From NCBI GenBank assembly GCA_008369845.1, contig MRSU01010131.1, forward strand, positions 1 to 48,646: a stretch of DNA of 48,646 nt, read 5' to 3'. The notes beneath the pieces were generated by a model, which saw nothing but the letters and a program-made list of their open reading frames with translations, had not been told where the DNA came from and ran no database searches. Both the position numbers and the translations under genes were made by a program. The stretch is from Trichomonas gallinae. Taxonomy: Eukaryota. The first letter of the stretch is position 1. Each line of letters opens with the position of its first letter. This document shows, piece by piece, positions 31,694-42,816 of this stretch.

Positions 31694-32749
31694 CGTGAAA
31701 TTTTATAAAAATCACTCGGCCTTGATTTGCTGTATTTATACTCTATACTATCAATTTTTCGCTTAATTTTCATTTAAAATCACAATTAAATCTGAAAATA
31801 ACGAAAAATGATAAAATTTCAGAATTTACAAAGGATAATGGTATATTTTGGGATTAAATGAAATATTTTTTCTAAAAATGCAATTATATCTATTATTCAT
31901 TTTTTGGATTTTCTAAAAATCTATATCTAAATCCACAATTTTTATAATATTTATCTAAAAATTTTCATTTTTTTAATTTGCAAGTTTCGAAATCTCAACA
32001 AATAAACAGTCAACAGGCCTTGATATTAAGCCAATAGCATTTTTATCTGATGCTCAAATAGAATGATTATGCACAATTGAAAATTTCTTCATTTTGAAGA
32101 ATTATTTGATTAAGTTTCGCTCTAAAATTCAAAAATGTCTAAAAATTCAACTAGAAATACATTCACTATCTAAAATATAATCAAATTCCTTATTACATTT
32201 TAATCAATTATTGCATTTTGGATTTAAAAATATTATCTTTATAAATTACTTAGATGATTCATTCCAAATATCAGATATCAGCTCAAAGGTTGCTGTTCAG
32301 CAGTTATAAACCACATTTACTACTCAATTTATTTTTATCAGCGTAATTTTGAGGTATTAAAGAGTTTTAGCCTGTAAGCTCCCGTTCTTATACAAACATT
32401 ATGGCCTTATGTCTCTGATAAATACTTAGTAATTCACATTAAAAATATTTTCATAAATAGGGGTCATTATCATACCGTTATAACATTGTAAATGGCTTAT
32501 CTTAAGTGAACGGAGGTGTTTGAACATAACATTGGCCTGCTTTCTTTAACATTAAATCAAGAATGTATTAAATTTCAACGTGAGTGGTCATCTTTTCGTG
32601 TATAATATAAACAAAGTCATCACACACTAGATCTCTTTCGGCTGATAACCTATAGGAAGCATATCAGGAAGGACATATATAGGAGAGCAAAAATAAAAAA
32701 TAAAATTTGAATACTTGTAAATTTTTTTTTTACTTCATATTTTATTTTT

Positions 32750-35700
32750 ATGTTCACATTACTTCTTTTACATGCATATTCAGAGCTGAAAGTTTCGAAT
32801 ATCAACGTGGTCATGCCATTCAAGCTACCGAACCATGACCCACCGGCATACAACATTACAGCCTACCATTCCCGTGTTACGTGGTCAATTTCCAATGATA
32901 AATTAGTAAAAATTCGTCCAAACCCAGTAAGGAATGGCGAAAGTTCAGTTGAAATACAAGTACTATACGAAGGCAAGACAAGTGAGAACGTCCTCCTTGT
33001 AGCGTCTTCGAGAGATGGTGAAGTAACGATCAACATCATCATTGATGAGGTCAAAAGCGTCCGCATCGAGACAAACATCCAAGTCCTTTATGCAAATATT
33101 TCCTTCGATGAGTATAATCTCAGAGGTTATGATAAATCCGGAAATACATTCTCAACACTCGACAATTATGATGTCGAATGGAAGTATAATACAACCGAGG
33201 TCAGACGTGCCAACATTACTGAAACTGACCTTGTCCTTCCAGACGGCCGCGATCCACCACAATCTCAGATTATCATTCAGGGTCTCCTCGCCGGACACTC
33301 ACTCCTCGGCGCTGTCCTCGAGGGTGGTGTTGTTGCCGATGATATTAAGCTCCTCATTGTCGATCCAATTTATTTGCTTCCTAAGGAGAAGACACTTCTT
33401 CCGAATGTTGACTTCGAGCTCACATTGTGCAGGAAGCATGCTTCAGTTTTGCCATCCGAAGAATGCGACAGGATCTTCTTACCAAAAGAAAAATACACTT
33501 TCTCTTCCAACGACGAACGCATCGGTACAGTCAACAACCGTGGCATCATCCATTCTGTCTCTGTCGGTCTCACACAGATTCAGGTCACAGATACACGCTT
33601 CCACTTCAATAAAGGTTTCATGACCCTTAAGGTTGTTAATCCAGCCAGAATTATGATCCCAGAACAATGGATTATCATCGGTGATACCCCATCAACAAAA
33701 GATGCCGTCTTCTACGATGCGGTTGGTAATGTTTTAGAAAAACCAGGTCATATCGACTGGCAGCTTTCAGAAGAGTACAAGCAGCTCGGCGATCACTACG
33801 TTACAGCAACAGCTTTCTCTACATCTACAAGATTCCTCGTTCACGTTTACGAGAGACCAAGATTTGATCCAAACACAGTCGTCCTCCCAGTCCACCACAA
33901 CGGTTACTACCCGAACCTTCTCTACGGAAGTGGCGAATTCGAATGGGCTTCAACGAACCCAGACATTCTCACTCTCGAGAGAAAGAGCGATCGCAGGCAC
34001 AGAGTTATTACAACAAAGACCGGCAAAGTGCAGGTTGTCGCTCACGATAAGCGCCTCAACGTCGATGCCATCCTTGATGTTAGCGTTGAGAAGATGATCA
34101 ACCCAAGATTTATCTTCGAAAGAACAGAATTCATCCCAGACGAAGAAATCGAATACAGGTTCGAGGTACAGTCTGAGAGCGGCAAGGAGTTCACATACAT
34201 GGACCCATACACAGTTATTTCTCAAAATGATACAGTCGTCCGCTCCAACAATCTCAAACTTACATCAGCAGGCGCAGGCTTCACAAACGTCGACTGCAGA
34301 CTCACTGATTACGAGCAGTCCGTTTTAATTGGTGTTTACTACCCACTCACAGTCAACTCAATTGTTACATTCACCACTACAATTCAGGAAGAAACACCAG
34401 ACATTGGCCGTAGGAATGGTCCACAGACATGGCCAGGAGCAGAGGCACCAACATCAGTTCTTAAGTGCGGCGGAGTTAACGTTCAATTAATAGATGGCAC
34501 ATTGCTTAAGCTTAGCAACTCATACAAGGGTACTTGCACACTCTTTGTCACCAACAAGAGGACACAACTTAATCCTAAACCAAGACCAGATCAGGTTGAC
34601 TTCCAGGTCTCTGCATTGAAGATTGCCTCACTTGCTATTTCTGTTACAGATAAGTTGTCCAAGAATGACCCAGAAAGCGGTCTTGTTAAATCTGATTATG
34701 ATCCAACTTCAGAAATCTTCGCTTTACAGAATGGACATGTTAAAATCCCAGCTATCCACAAGCCAACAGTCGCAGTTTTTGCATACGACGAGAATAGAGA
34801 ATTAATTGGTCCATACACCCACAAACATATGAAGATTATGACAAGCGAAGATCAAGAATACGATCCATACCAGTTCCTCGAGAAGATAACAAGATTCACA
34901 GTCATTCCTCCACCAGCGCTTTTCGTCCAGAAGACATCAATCACTGTTGAGCCAGTACCAGGTATCGAAGTTTCAGGCCTTGACGAGAAGGATATGATCT
35001 TCGTTAACAAGAACTCCAAGACAGGCGCCATCCTCACAGTCACTGGTGGCACAGGCCATTACGTTATTGACGGCAAGGACGCCACAATCGATGGTGACAA
35101 GCTCACAATCATGCCAAGCACAGAACTCGAGCGCGACATCATTATCAAGGACAAGTACATCGATGAGTACACGAAGATAATCCACGCCAACACAGAAGTC
35201 CCAGAGAGACTTGTTATCCTCGGCCCAAGTGTCGCCATCGTCAGGACAACAGTCCAGTTCAAGCACGAAGTCTGGAGCACATTCGGCCACAAGTTATCTA
35301 CAGAAGGCGAAGAGTTCACAACAAAGACATCTGGACTCGAGAAGATTCCAGGTACAAGCGACGAATGGTCCATCACACCACAGGAGGAGGGCAGAGTTTG
35401 GATCATTGTCGAAGGCATGGGCTTATACGCCTCCAGGCCACTTGAAGTCCTCAACCAGATCAAGTTCGAACCAGACAACGTCATCCTCTACCCAGGTGAA
35501 ACATTCGTTCCTCAGCTCATCGGTGGTGGTGTTGGCGACAAGATTATCTATGCATCCACAAATGATTCATGCGCAAACATGAACAAGGGCATCCTCGGTG
35601 CTATTAATCCAGGCAGGTGCAAGATCACAGCCATCATCAAGGACAAGCCATTCCTCGGCGTCGCTAACCTCACTGTCAGAGTCCTCGAGATCAGAGGCAT

Positions 35701-37372
35701 CAGAATCGAGAGATTCCCAGAGACACCATACGTCGACTCAATCATCCATCTCAAGCCAGTCCTTGAGACAGACATCGGCGACCAGGCACCACGTGTCGTC
35801 TCATGGAATGTCATCGGCAGCAACCAGTGGGAGAAGCTCTATGATAACAGCGTCATCATCAGAGCTGACAGACACGGCTTCGTCAACGCCACAATCTCCT
35901 GCCACGGATTCAACAGCACAGCAGATATTTATGTTGATCCTAAGCTCGAGCTCACAACGCCAAACAAGATCTCACTCCCAGTTGGCATCAGATACAACAT
36001 TTCTGTCAACAACGAGTTCAAGGTCGACGATCACGGCATCCCGAAGCACAACAAGACAGCAGTCGAGTTCAAGTCCATGTGCAGCGACTCCAGCCTCAAG
36101 GTCATGCCAAATGGTACAATCTTCTCCGACAAGCCAGGCCGCTACATCGTCGCAGCTCAGTACAAGAGCCAGTGGGTTGTCACACAGGTCACTGTCTCCG
36201 GCCCAGCAGAGCTTTATCTACAGAGCGATGCTGCTTCAGTCAAGCCAATCCCACTCGACATCAATGGCCAGGAGTACACAACATACGAAGGCGCCAAGGT
36301 CACCTTCAACATCACGAATGAGGCTATCGTCAACAACGGCAGATACGCATTCTCCGTTGACGATCCAGTCTACGTCAATTTCGATGTCGCTAACCACGTC
36401 TTCATGGTTAGCAACACTACAATGGTCTCTCACACAAGCATGTTCCCAACAGCACCAGTTGTCATAAAGGGCGTCACAACAGAATTCAAGTGCGCTGCCA
36501 AGAGACCAAAGTGGACATCATCCAACAGACAGGTTGCTCCAATCACAGATACAGGCATTGTTAAGGCCAACCGCCGCGGCCGCGCAATGATCCACTGCAG
36601 CCCAGATATTTCCACACCAATCACAGTCATCGAGCTCAACCAGATCTCATTGATTGAGCGCGACCCAATGAAGATGTACTCTATTGATGCAATCTACTCT
36701 GGTGGCATCTCATCACAGAGCGGACTCGACATCAGCTACCCATCCGACTTGCAGCTCACATGCGAATGGAACGCAGAGAACTGCGGTAAGGTCATTGCTG
36801 TCTCTGGAAACAACTTATCTAAGGCACACTGTAAGATCGAGTTGTTCCAGCGCAGAACATGCCCATCCGTCATCCAGCTCACAGCTAACGTCAGCTCACG
36901 TCTCGCAGGTATTGATATTAGAACACGTAAACTTATCAACTACCAGAGTGACGTTTGGGGTGTTCCATCATACATCAACATTACACTTACAGACAAGGAT
37001 AACACAGCATTCATCCCAATCAAACCACGCAAGGATGATATCATCGTAGAGAAACCACCAGGCCTCAACCTCGAGTTCCCTGAGGAAGGTGGCCTTAAGA
37101 TCATTAAGACTAAGTACTTCGCTAAAGAATCAGACAGTATATTCTTAGAATACACAGGAGAAGGACCAGCTAAGGGCGAGCGCGTCCAGATTGATGTTAA
37201 TAAGGGCGACTACTGGAGCAACTCGCTTAACGCAAGAAGTGGCTGGGCCGAAAAGTTCTTATTCATCTTCTCCATAATATTCACTGTTGCATGCGCCCTT
37301 TATTCTGCATATATGCTCGGACAGAGCGGAAATCTCCCTCCTCTATCACCATATAGGCAAAAACAAGATTAA
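32750..37372 (+). CDS. NUP210: Nuclear pore membrane glycoprotein 210 (gp210)-like
   Basis: Signal peptide, NVVMP...YNITA....VTWS N-terminal block, GYDKSGNTFSTL...VEW motif, repeated Ig-like units (FSSNDERIGTV, WTSSNRQVAPI), single C-terminal TM and short tail containing an SP site. Confidence 0.85.
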   Translation: MFTLLLLHAYSELKVSNINVVMPFKLPNHDPPAYNITAYHSRVTWSISNDKLVKIRPNPVRNGESSVEIQVLYEGKTSENVLLVASSRDGEVTINIIIDEVKSVRIETNIQVLYANISFDEYNLRGYDKSGNTFSTLDNYDVEWKYNTTEVRRANITETDLVLPDGRDPPQSQIIIQGLLAGHSLLGAVLEGGVVADDIKLLIVDPIYLLPKEKTLLPNVDFELTLCRKHASVLPSEECDRIFLPKEKYTFSSNDERIGTVNNRGIIHSVSVGLTQIQVTDTRFHFNKGFMTLKVVNPARIMIPEQWIIIGDTPSTKDAVFYDAVGNVLEKPGHIDWQLSEEYKQLGDHYVTATAFSTSTRFLVHVYERPRFDPNTVVLPVHHNGYYPNLLYGSGEFEWASTNPDILTLERKSDRRHRVITTKTGKVQVVAHDKRLNVDAILDVSVEKMINPRFIFERTEFIPDEEIEYRFEVQSESGKEFTYMDPYTVISQNDTVVRSNNLKLTSAGAGFTNVDCRLTDYEQSVLIGVYYPLTVNSIVTFTTTIQEETPDIGRRNGPQTWPGAEAPTSVLKCGGVNVQLIDGTLLKLSNSYKGTCTLFVTNKRTQLNPKPRPDQVDFQVSALKIASLAISVTDKLSKNDPESGLVKSDYDPTSEIFALQNGHVKIPAIHKPTVAVFAYDENRELIGPYTHKHMKIMTSEDQEYDPYQFLEKITRFTVIPPPALFVQKTSITVEPVPGIEVSGLDEKDMIFVNKNSKTGAILTVTGGTGHYVIDGKDATIDGDKLTIMPSTELERDIIIKDKYIDEYTKIIHANTEVPERLVILGPSVAIVRTTVQFKHEVWSTFGHKLSTEGEEFTTKTSGLEKIPGTSDEWSITPQEEGRVWIIVEGMGLYASRPLEVLNQIKFEPDNVILYPGETFVPQLIGGGVGDKIIYASTNDSCANMNKGILGAINPGRCKITAIIKDKPFLGVANLTVRVLEIRGIRIERFPETPYVDSIIHLKPVLETDIGDQAPRVVSWNVIGSNQWEKLYDNSVIIRADRHGFVNATISCHGFNSTADIYVDPKLELTTPNKISLPVGIRYNISVNNEFKVDDHGIPKHNKTAVEFKSMCSDSSLKVMPNGTIFSDKPGRYIVAAQYKSQWVVTQVTVSGPAELYLQSDAASVKPIPLDINGQEYTTYEGAKVTFNITNEAIVNNGRYAFSVDDPVYVNFDVANHVFMVSNTTMVSHTSMFPTAPVVIKGVTTEFKCAAKRPKWTSSNRQVAPITDTGIVKANRRGRAMIHCSPDISTPITVIELNQISLIERDPMKMYSIDAIYSGGISSQSGLDISYPSDLQLTCEWNAENCGKVIAVSGNNLSKAHCKIELFQRRTCPSVIQLTANVSSRLAGIDIRTRKLINYQSDVWGVPSYINITLTDKDNTAFIPIKPRKDDIIVEKPPGLNLEFPEEGGLKIIKTKYFAKESDSIFLEYTGEGPAKGERVQIDVNKGDYWSNSLNARSGWAEKFLFIFSIIFTVACALYSAYMLGQSGNLPPLSPYRQKQD

Positions 37373-37765
37373 TTTAATTTAAATTTTATTTTCATTTATT
37401 TTCAAATTTTTGTTTTTTCAATGTTATAGTAAAACAAAATATAGTATGACATAGTTAAAATAAGTGATAACAAGCAGTTCAGCAAATATTTTTACATGAC
37501 AGATTGTCATATTTATGGGATATTTGTATATTTTACATGTCAAGTATTATCACTTTTCGTCAAAATGCCTTTTCTTGAGGCTTTTCCACCAACATTGTTA
37601 GCAAAAAGTGAAACTAAACTAAACAGAGTTTATTATGTTTAAAAAATTCAGCAAATGTGAAAAAGTAATCATGATATAGAAAAACACATGTTCAGATACT
37701 TTTATTCAATTTTTTCAATTCCGAAATTTCTCAATTCTTTCAATTTTATTTTTTTTGTTCAACTG

Positions 37766-38092
37766 ATGCCTCGAAGGAGTACTCAAAAGTCTTCTTATAT
37801 TGTTGAGCTTAACACCAAGGGGATGATTATTAATGCATTTAAACTTGATGATAAAGGCATGTTGATGATACCAAAAATTGCAAAAGCTGCTATTTCAAAA
37901 AGACAGCATTATGTGGAACGACTACCACAAACCAATATCGAACCATCATGCGCACTAGAATGCAGCTTAGAACCTATCAATTTACCAAACATTGAGCCAA
38001 ACATTGAAAAAGAAGTAAAGTTTCCTGCCAAGGTATTAACGATCACTATAAATGATTGTATTGGTGCAACACAAATTATTGATTACACTTAA
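37766..38092 (+). CDS. Hypothetical protein (~108 aa)
   Basis: Coding-like composition from the ATG at 37766; no recognised domain. Confidence 0.55.
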   Translation: MPRRSTQKSSYIVELNTKGMIINAFKLDDKGMLMIPKIAKAAISKRQHYVERLPQTNIEPSCALECSLEPINLPNIEPNIEKEVKFPAKVLTITINDCIGATQIIDYT

Positions 38093-38487
38093 CTTTTCAT
38101 TGAGGAAACACTATATATGGAACGTAATTTTCTATCAATCAATCAAGATGTGAACGTGCGCGTATAAATGAGCATTCAAAATAACCTTAAACATCCGAAT
38201 CAGAGATTTTGTTTATAATATTCCATTTCTTTGCATTATTAATAAAATATTATTGTTTTTTAAATATAATCGTGTCTGTAATGGTTTGATATTATTTACC
38301 TATAGCTTTTTTTTTGGTTACAATTCAACTTCTTCTAAAACTTTATCTTACCTATAAAAAATTTCTTTAAACCATCATAAGTATTCAGAATGGAACAAAT
38401 AGGTATATACAATGCTTTATCTATATATAACAAGACCAAAACACATAAGTTCATCAGTATAAATTTAGCATATATGGGAATAATATA

Positions 38488-38648
38488 TAGGGTGTCCAGT
38501 AAATATTTTTCACCCTCAATATTCGATATTTTTTTAAAACATATATGTATAGATTCAATGTCTGATTCCTAATTAAATGCCAAAGATTCGAGGAAAATTG
38601 TTCAATATTGAAGAAAAAAAGGGTGAAGACTGATTATTGGACACCCTA
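38488..38648. mobile_element. Tc1/mariner-type MITE (161 bp)
   Basis: ~29-bp TIRs TAGGGTGTCCAGTAAATATTTTTCACCCT / AGGGTGAAGACTGATTATTGGACACCCTA (24/29 match) flanked by TA on both sides (38486-87, 38649-50); no transposase ORF. Confidence 0.85.
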
Positions 38649-38842
38649 TATCTAAAAATTTCGTCTGTGTATAATAACATAATTCACATTTTGATGTAAA
38701 TTATATAACATATACATTGCTTTGCTAAAGTATAGGAAGCAAAATAGGGCACAAAACCAATATTTATAAGATGTGGATGGCAGAAATCAGTTTTGTTGGC
38801 ATATGTCAAATTTAAGGTTCCCGGATCCGATTGTCATTTGTC

Positions 38843-39415
38843 ATGGAAGATGCAGACCTGATTCCTATTATATACTATTCTTGTTTATTCGGAATTGGTG
38901 GACTCTGCATGGCGATAATCCTCATTGGTGCAGTATTTTATCCAAACAGATTGTATGCAATTGGATTTACATGTAAATGCTTCTACTGCTTGTGTTTGGA
39001 TAAATACGCTCAAATAGTCGAGTATTACAGGACTAATAATAATGGAAAGTTGAAAATGGATCTTTCATGCAGAAGATATTGTTCTAGTTGCCCAGCATTT
39101 TTTTGTTCTGTTATTTCCATTTGTTTTTATATATTTTTCATGCCGGTGTATGTATTTTGCTTTTTCTTTAAAGACTGCTCATCTGATCCAGAACTCGAAA
39201 AGAGAGTTAAAAGAAAACGAGAAACTCATCATGATGAAATCAATGCACCTATACTAGTAGATAAAGATTTTAACAAAGATGTCCAAAATTCTAATCAAAT
39301 TCAATATCTTCCTCCAGATTCTCCATATTCCCAAAGCATGGTTGTACAGACAATACCAGATGCCAGTACCTATGATCAATTCCAAAAACAAGAAGAATAT
39401 AATCCATATGTCTAG
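38843..39415 (+). CDS. Hypothetical Cys-rich membrane protein
   Basis: ATG 38843 after TCATT Inr; two hydrophobic segments with Cys clusters, polar Pro/Tyr C-tail ending YNPYV. Confidence 0.6.
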   Translation: MEDADLIPIIYYSCLFGIGGLCMAIILIGAVFYPNRLYAIGFTCKCFYCLCLDKYAQIVEYYRTNNNGKLKMDLSCRRYCSSCPAFFCSVISICFYIFFMPVYVFCFFFKDCSSDPELEKRVKRKRETHHDEINAPILVDKDFNKDVQNSNQIQYLPPDSPYSQSMVVQTIPDASTYDQFQKQEEYNPYV

Positions 39416-39553
39416 ATTTGATATAAATTATCCATAATATTGTTATATATTATGATCACCTACATTTCGTCCTAAAAACAAACACCCAATAAATGAAAAA
39501 TACAAAAATAATATCGTTTTTATATTTTTTTTGTAATTTATCAGAGAAATATG

Positions 39554-39727
39554 GTAGTATTATAATCCAGAAAGCATGGATTTTATTATATTATCAATAC
39601 AAAAGAATAAAGAAATAAAAATGAAAATTTATAATATTTAGATTATTTTAGATAGATATATAGTGTAATATTATAATCCCGAAAGTATAGATTTTATTAT
39701 ATTACCAAAACAGAAGAACAAAGAAAA
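39554..39727. repeat. Local direct duplication of ~62 bp, period 111 bp
   Basis: GTARTATTATAATCC.GAAAG.AT.GATTTTATTATATTA.CAA at 39554 and 39665. Confidence 0.85.
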
Positions 39728-39738
39728 ATGAATTAAAA

Positions 39739-42150
39739 TTAGAGTTCTTGAATAACTGCACTTAATGATGTCGCATGGTTGATAATGTGTGTGACAGCGA
39801 TCATTATATTCTCAGGAATGATCTTAAACTCTTTCCTGTTGATGTCGTGGAAGAAATGCTGCAGATAAGAAGCGAATGAGTGAATATTTGGAATTCCAGA
39901 CGTCAGCAAAACAAAATTCAGGATAGGAGTCATATCATCAGCCTGCGGCATTCCACCGATCGACAGAACGAAGATTGTCGTGATCAGCTCTATAGCTGTC
40001 GCAATGTGGGATCCAGCTTCGACTGGCAGCTCAATGTTTGCAGCGTTCATCAGTTCCTGGTGAACGTAAACGAAGAAGTTCTTACCGTTCATTATCTCTC
40101 TGATCTTCTTTGGAGAAGGAGCGACGCAGATCTGCTCTATGACCTTCTCGTTGTTCATCACGTTGTACAAAACATTGTCGTCGTGTTCGAATTCTGGGTG
40201 GATCTTCTTGAACTCAGACAGAGGCATGTGCTGCATCATCCACGTGTGGAAATGCTGCGCTACACCCTCTGAGAAAGCGCGCGAAGATTGGCCGAGGAAC
40301 TGGACGATTTTGTCTTCAACGTTGCCCAGAAAAACTTTGAATAATTCTTTGTCCATTAAGAAACTCTGCCTCTTCTCTTTGAATTCTGGTTTAATGTCAG
40401 GATATGCCGAGAAGAAGCTGTCGAGCAAGTTGGAGTACATGACAGGAAGGAGCTGGCTGCCTTGCGTCTTCAATGATTCTATTTCGTGTACAATATTTTC
40501 AATCATCAAAGTGATTTGGGTAATTTGATTGACTGAACGAGCGATGAAGACTCTGTGGCGGCTGATTTCATCTGATAAGGCCTCCATGATGTTAGGAATA
40601 TCATGAGGAGGAACTTCCATCATCTTTCTGATGATATTATTCAAATATGTATTTTTCATGAAATCTGATGAAAGTTGGGCGACTCTACGGTGATACTCAA
40701 GGAAATTAGAAATTTCTGTTGGCGCATTCCTGTCAATTCCAGCAAATCTCAAAAATTCGAAAAGTGCTGTGGCTGCTGCATTTATTGGTGTCGGTGGTGC
40801 TGTTTGAAGCTTGATTGGCGGTGAGTCGTGTGTATTTGTGACATATGCTCTGATATCTAATGTATCGAATCTGAAATAATCCAATGGAAGGTTTTTGCCT
40901 TGAATTGTAAGTTTAGATGCAATAACAGATGCCATTTGCAATGAATTTGGAACACTCTTGGAGCTTCTTATTGCTAATGCGATCATGTATATATCTGGAG
41001 CTGAGAAAAGGAGGTCAATGGACTTTTCTTCCAGCAAGGGAAGGATATCACCGAATTTTATGCCGATATCTGTAGTTGTTGGTGTTGCAATTTCTGTCAA
41101 CAGCTGACTGAATGGCAAACTGGCAAGTTTCTCATGGTTTACCTTAGTGTAACGCAATTTAGCCTGTGCTGGATGCATAATAAGCCTGAAGATTTGTGCA
41201 AGAACTTGCATTGCGCGGGATGAGCCTGCAGCGTCAAGAATAAAGTTGTATGTTGGTGGGAAGAGAGAATATGTCTTGGGGAATGAAATAGCTGGCGCTA
41301 AAACGCAATCGATGAATAAAATTTCGTATCTGCGGAGTTTTTGTTCTTCTGTTTCTGCAGTTTCACCAAAACTCTTAATGAGAATACTGACTTCTGGTGG
41401 GAATAACATAATGTTGTCGTTCATGTTTTTGATCATCATTTCTGCGTATTTAATGAGGTTGTTGAATAATTCTGTTTGATTGTTGCTGCGAAGAGGTGTC
41501 GTTATATTTTCGTCCTTTGCAAGTTCCATCAAAGGGCCGCTTAACGAAGGTTCTAAGAATTTAGAAATCGAAGATTTGAAAATGAAGTTTTTGTAGCAGT
41601 CGTACAACCAGTGGGATCTGAAGTTATCGAATGTTGAAGGAGGAAGATTATTAGCGACATGAGACAAAAAGTTAATATAAGCTTTGACGAAGTCATCTGT
41701 CCAGCAATATCCGAAAAGCGAAGGTAATGTGGAGCTTGCGAAGAATGATAAAGGCTCGAAAAATTCAGGTATGAAAGATTTTGCTTCCATTAATGAAGCA
41801 GAATCAACAGAAGACAAGCAATCAGGCAATTTATCCAAGCCTCTAATTATGGCATTAAGAAATTGCGTGGCATCATTCTTCAAAGATCCAAGAACTTTAA
41901 TGTCATTAATTGAGTTTGCGGGATTTAGTTCAATAGTGTTGATGAAAGATAATTTGGAGTCGTTGAGTGAAGTAGAAGGTGTAATTCTAAGGTAGTATGC
42001 TGATCGTAATGAAATCATGCATTTTAGATCAATCGCTTCATGCGTTTTCTGCTTAAGATCCACTTTGCTGAGCTTGATTTCTTCAAGGTTGTGCTGAATG
42101 GAGCTGTCAATGAGTTTAGCTTCTTGATGAAAATGCAACAAATTCTCCAT
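39739..42150 (-). CDS. RasGAP-like plus VPS9 domain protein (GAPVD1/RME-6-like Rab5 GEF)
   Basis: LFIDCVLAPAISFP (RasGAP-fold motif) and C-terminal QADDMTPILNFVLL..IPNIHSFASYLQHF (VPS9 motif with catalytic Asp/Pro). Confidence 0.75.
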   Translation of the reverse strand: MENLLHFHQEAKLIDSSIQHNLEEIKLSKVDLKQKTHEAIDLKCMISLRSAYYLRITPSTSLNDSKLSFINTIELNPANSINDIKVLGSLKNDATQFLNAIIRGLDKLPDCLSSVDSASLMEAKSFIPEFFEPLSFFASSTLPSLFGYCWTDDFVKAYINFLSHVANNLPPSTFDNFRSHWLYDCYKNFIFKSSISKFLEPSLSGPLMELAKDENITTPLRSNNQTELFNNLIKYAEMMIKNMNDNIMLFPPEVSILIKSFGETAETEEQKLRRYEILFIDCVLAPAISFPKTYSLFPPTYNFILDAAGSSRAMQVLAQIFRLIMHPAQAKLRYTKVNHEKLASLPFSQLLTEIATPTTTDIGIKFGDILPLLEEKSIDLLFSAPDIYMIALAIRSSKSVPNSLQMASVIASKLTIQGKNLPLDYFRFDTLDIRAYVTNTHDSPPIKLQTAPPTPINAAATALFEFLRFAGIDRNAPTEISNFLEYHRRVAQLSSDFMKNTYLNNIIRKMMEVPPHDIPNIMEALSDEISRHRVFIARSVNQITQITLMIENIVHEIESLKTQGSQLLPVMYSNLLDSFFSAYPDIKPEFKEKRQSFLMDKELFKVFLGNVEDKIVQFLGQSSRAFSEGVAQHFHTWMMQHMPLSEFKKIHPEFEHDDNVLYNVMNNEKVIEQICVAPSPKKIREIMNGKNFFVYVHQELMNAANIELPVEAGSHIATAIELITTIFVLSIGGMPQADDMTPILNFVLLTSGIPNIHSFASYLQHFFHDINRKEFKIIPENIMIAVTHIINHATSLSAVIQEL

Positions 42151-42816
42151 TTTTAATTTTTTTTGACAAAAATTCCAATCTTTGCAAATTTTCTTTTTAA
42201 AATAACACCACCATTATGTGCAGAAACTATATTCGAAAGATGAAGAAATGATTTCAAAATTTTATTGAAATTCAAATTTTATATTTAGTTTTTGATGCTA
42301 TTATTGTTATATATTCAATGTACTCATTAGAGTTATTAATATTTATTGATTAGTTTAACTTATATCAATTTATTTTATATTCAAATTTTTATTTCGTTCC
42401 AATAACCAATCTAATTATAAATATGCTTCACTAAATGACATTATCGTTATACAAAGTCCCCAAATATTTCTTTTTAATTTCATTCCAATTATTTTTTTTT
42501 TTCACCGATGTTTCTAGTAAAAAGATGATTTTCTGTTATTACAAGATGTTTAACAAAATATTTGAATTCTTAGAATCAGTAATATTTCAAAAAATATTGA
42601 ACAAAACTGTTCTTATTTCTGCTGCACAAAATGATCATATCATTTTCATTAATATAGTAAATCAATTCTATCGCATTCATTACTTGAAATGTTAACAATT
42701 CATTGGACATTTGTATCAACCAAAATGACAGGGCAAAGCTTCATTAGCGTATGCAAATAAATAAAACATTTACCGAATTTTGTTTTTGGGATAAATCAAA
42801 AAACAAAATATAAAAA

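Noticed and set aside
35598..36467. 289-aa Ser/Thr-rich alternate-frame ORF in NUP210
   Set aside because: By-product of C-ending codon bias (frame-shifted TCA/ACA runs); non-ATG start
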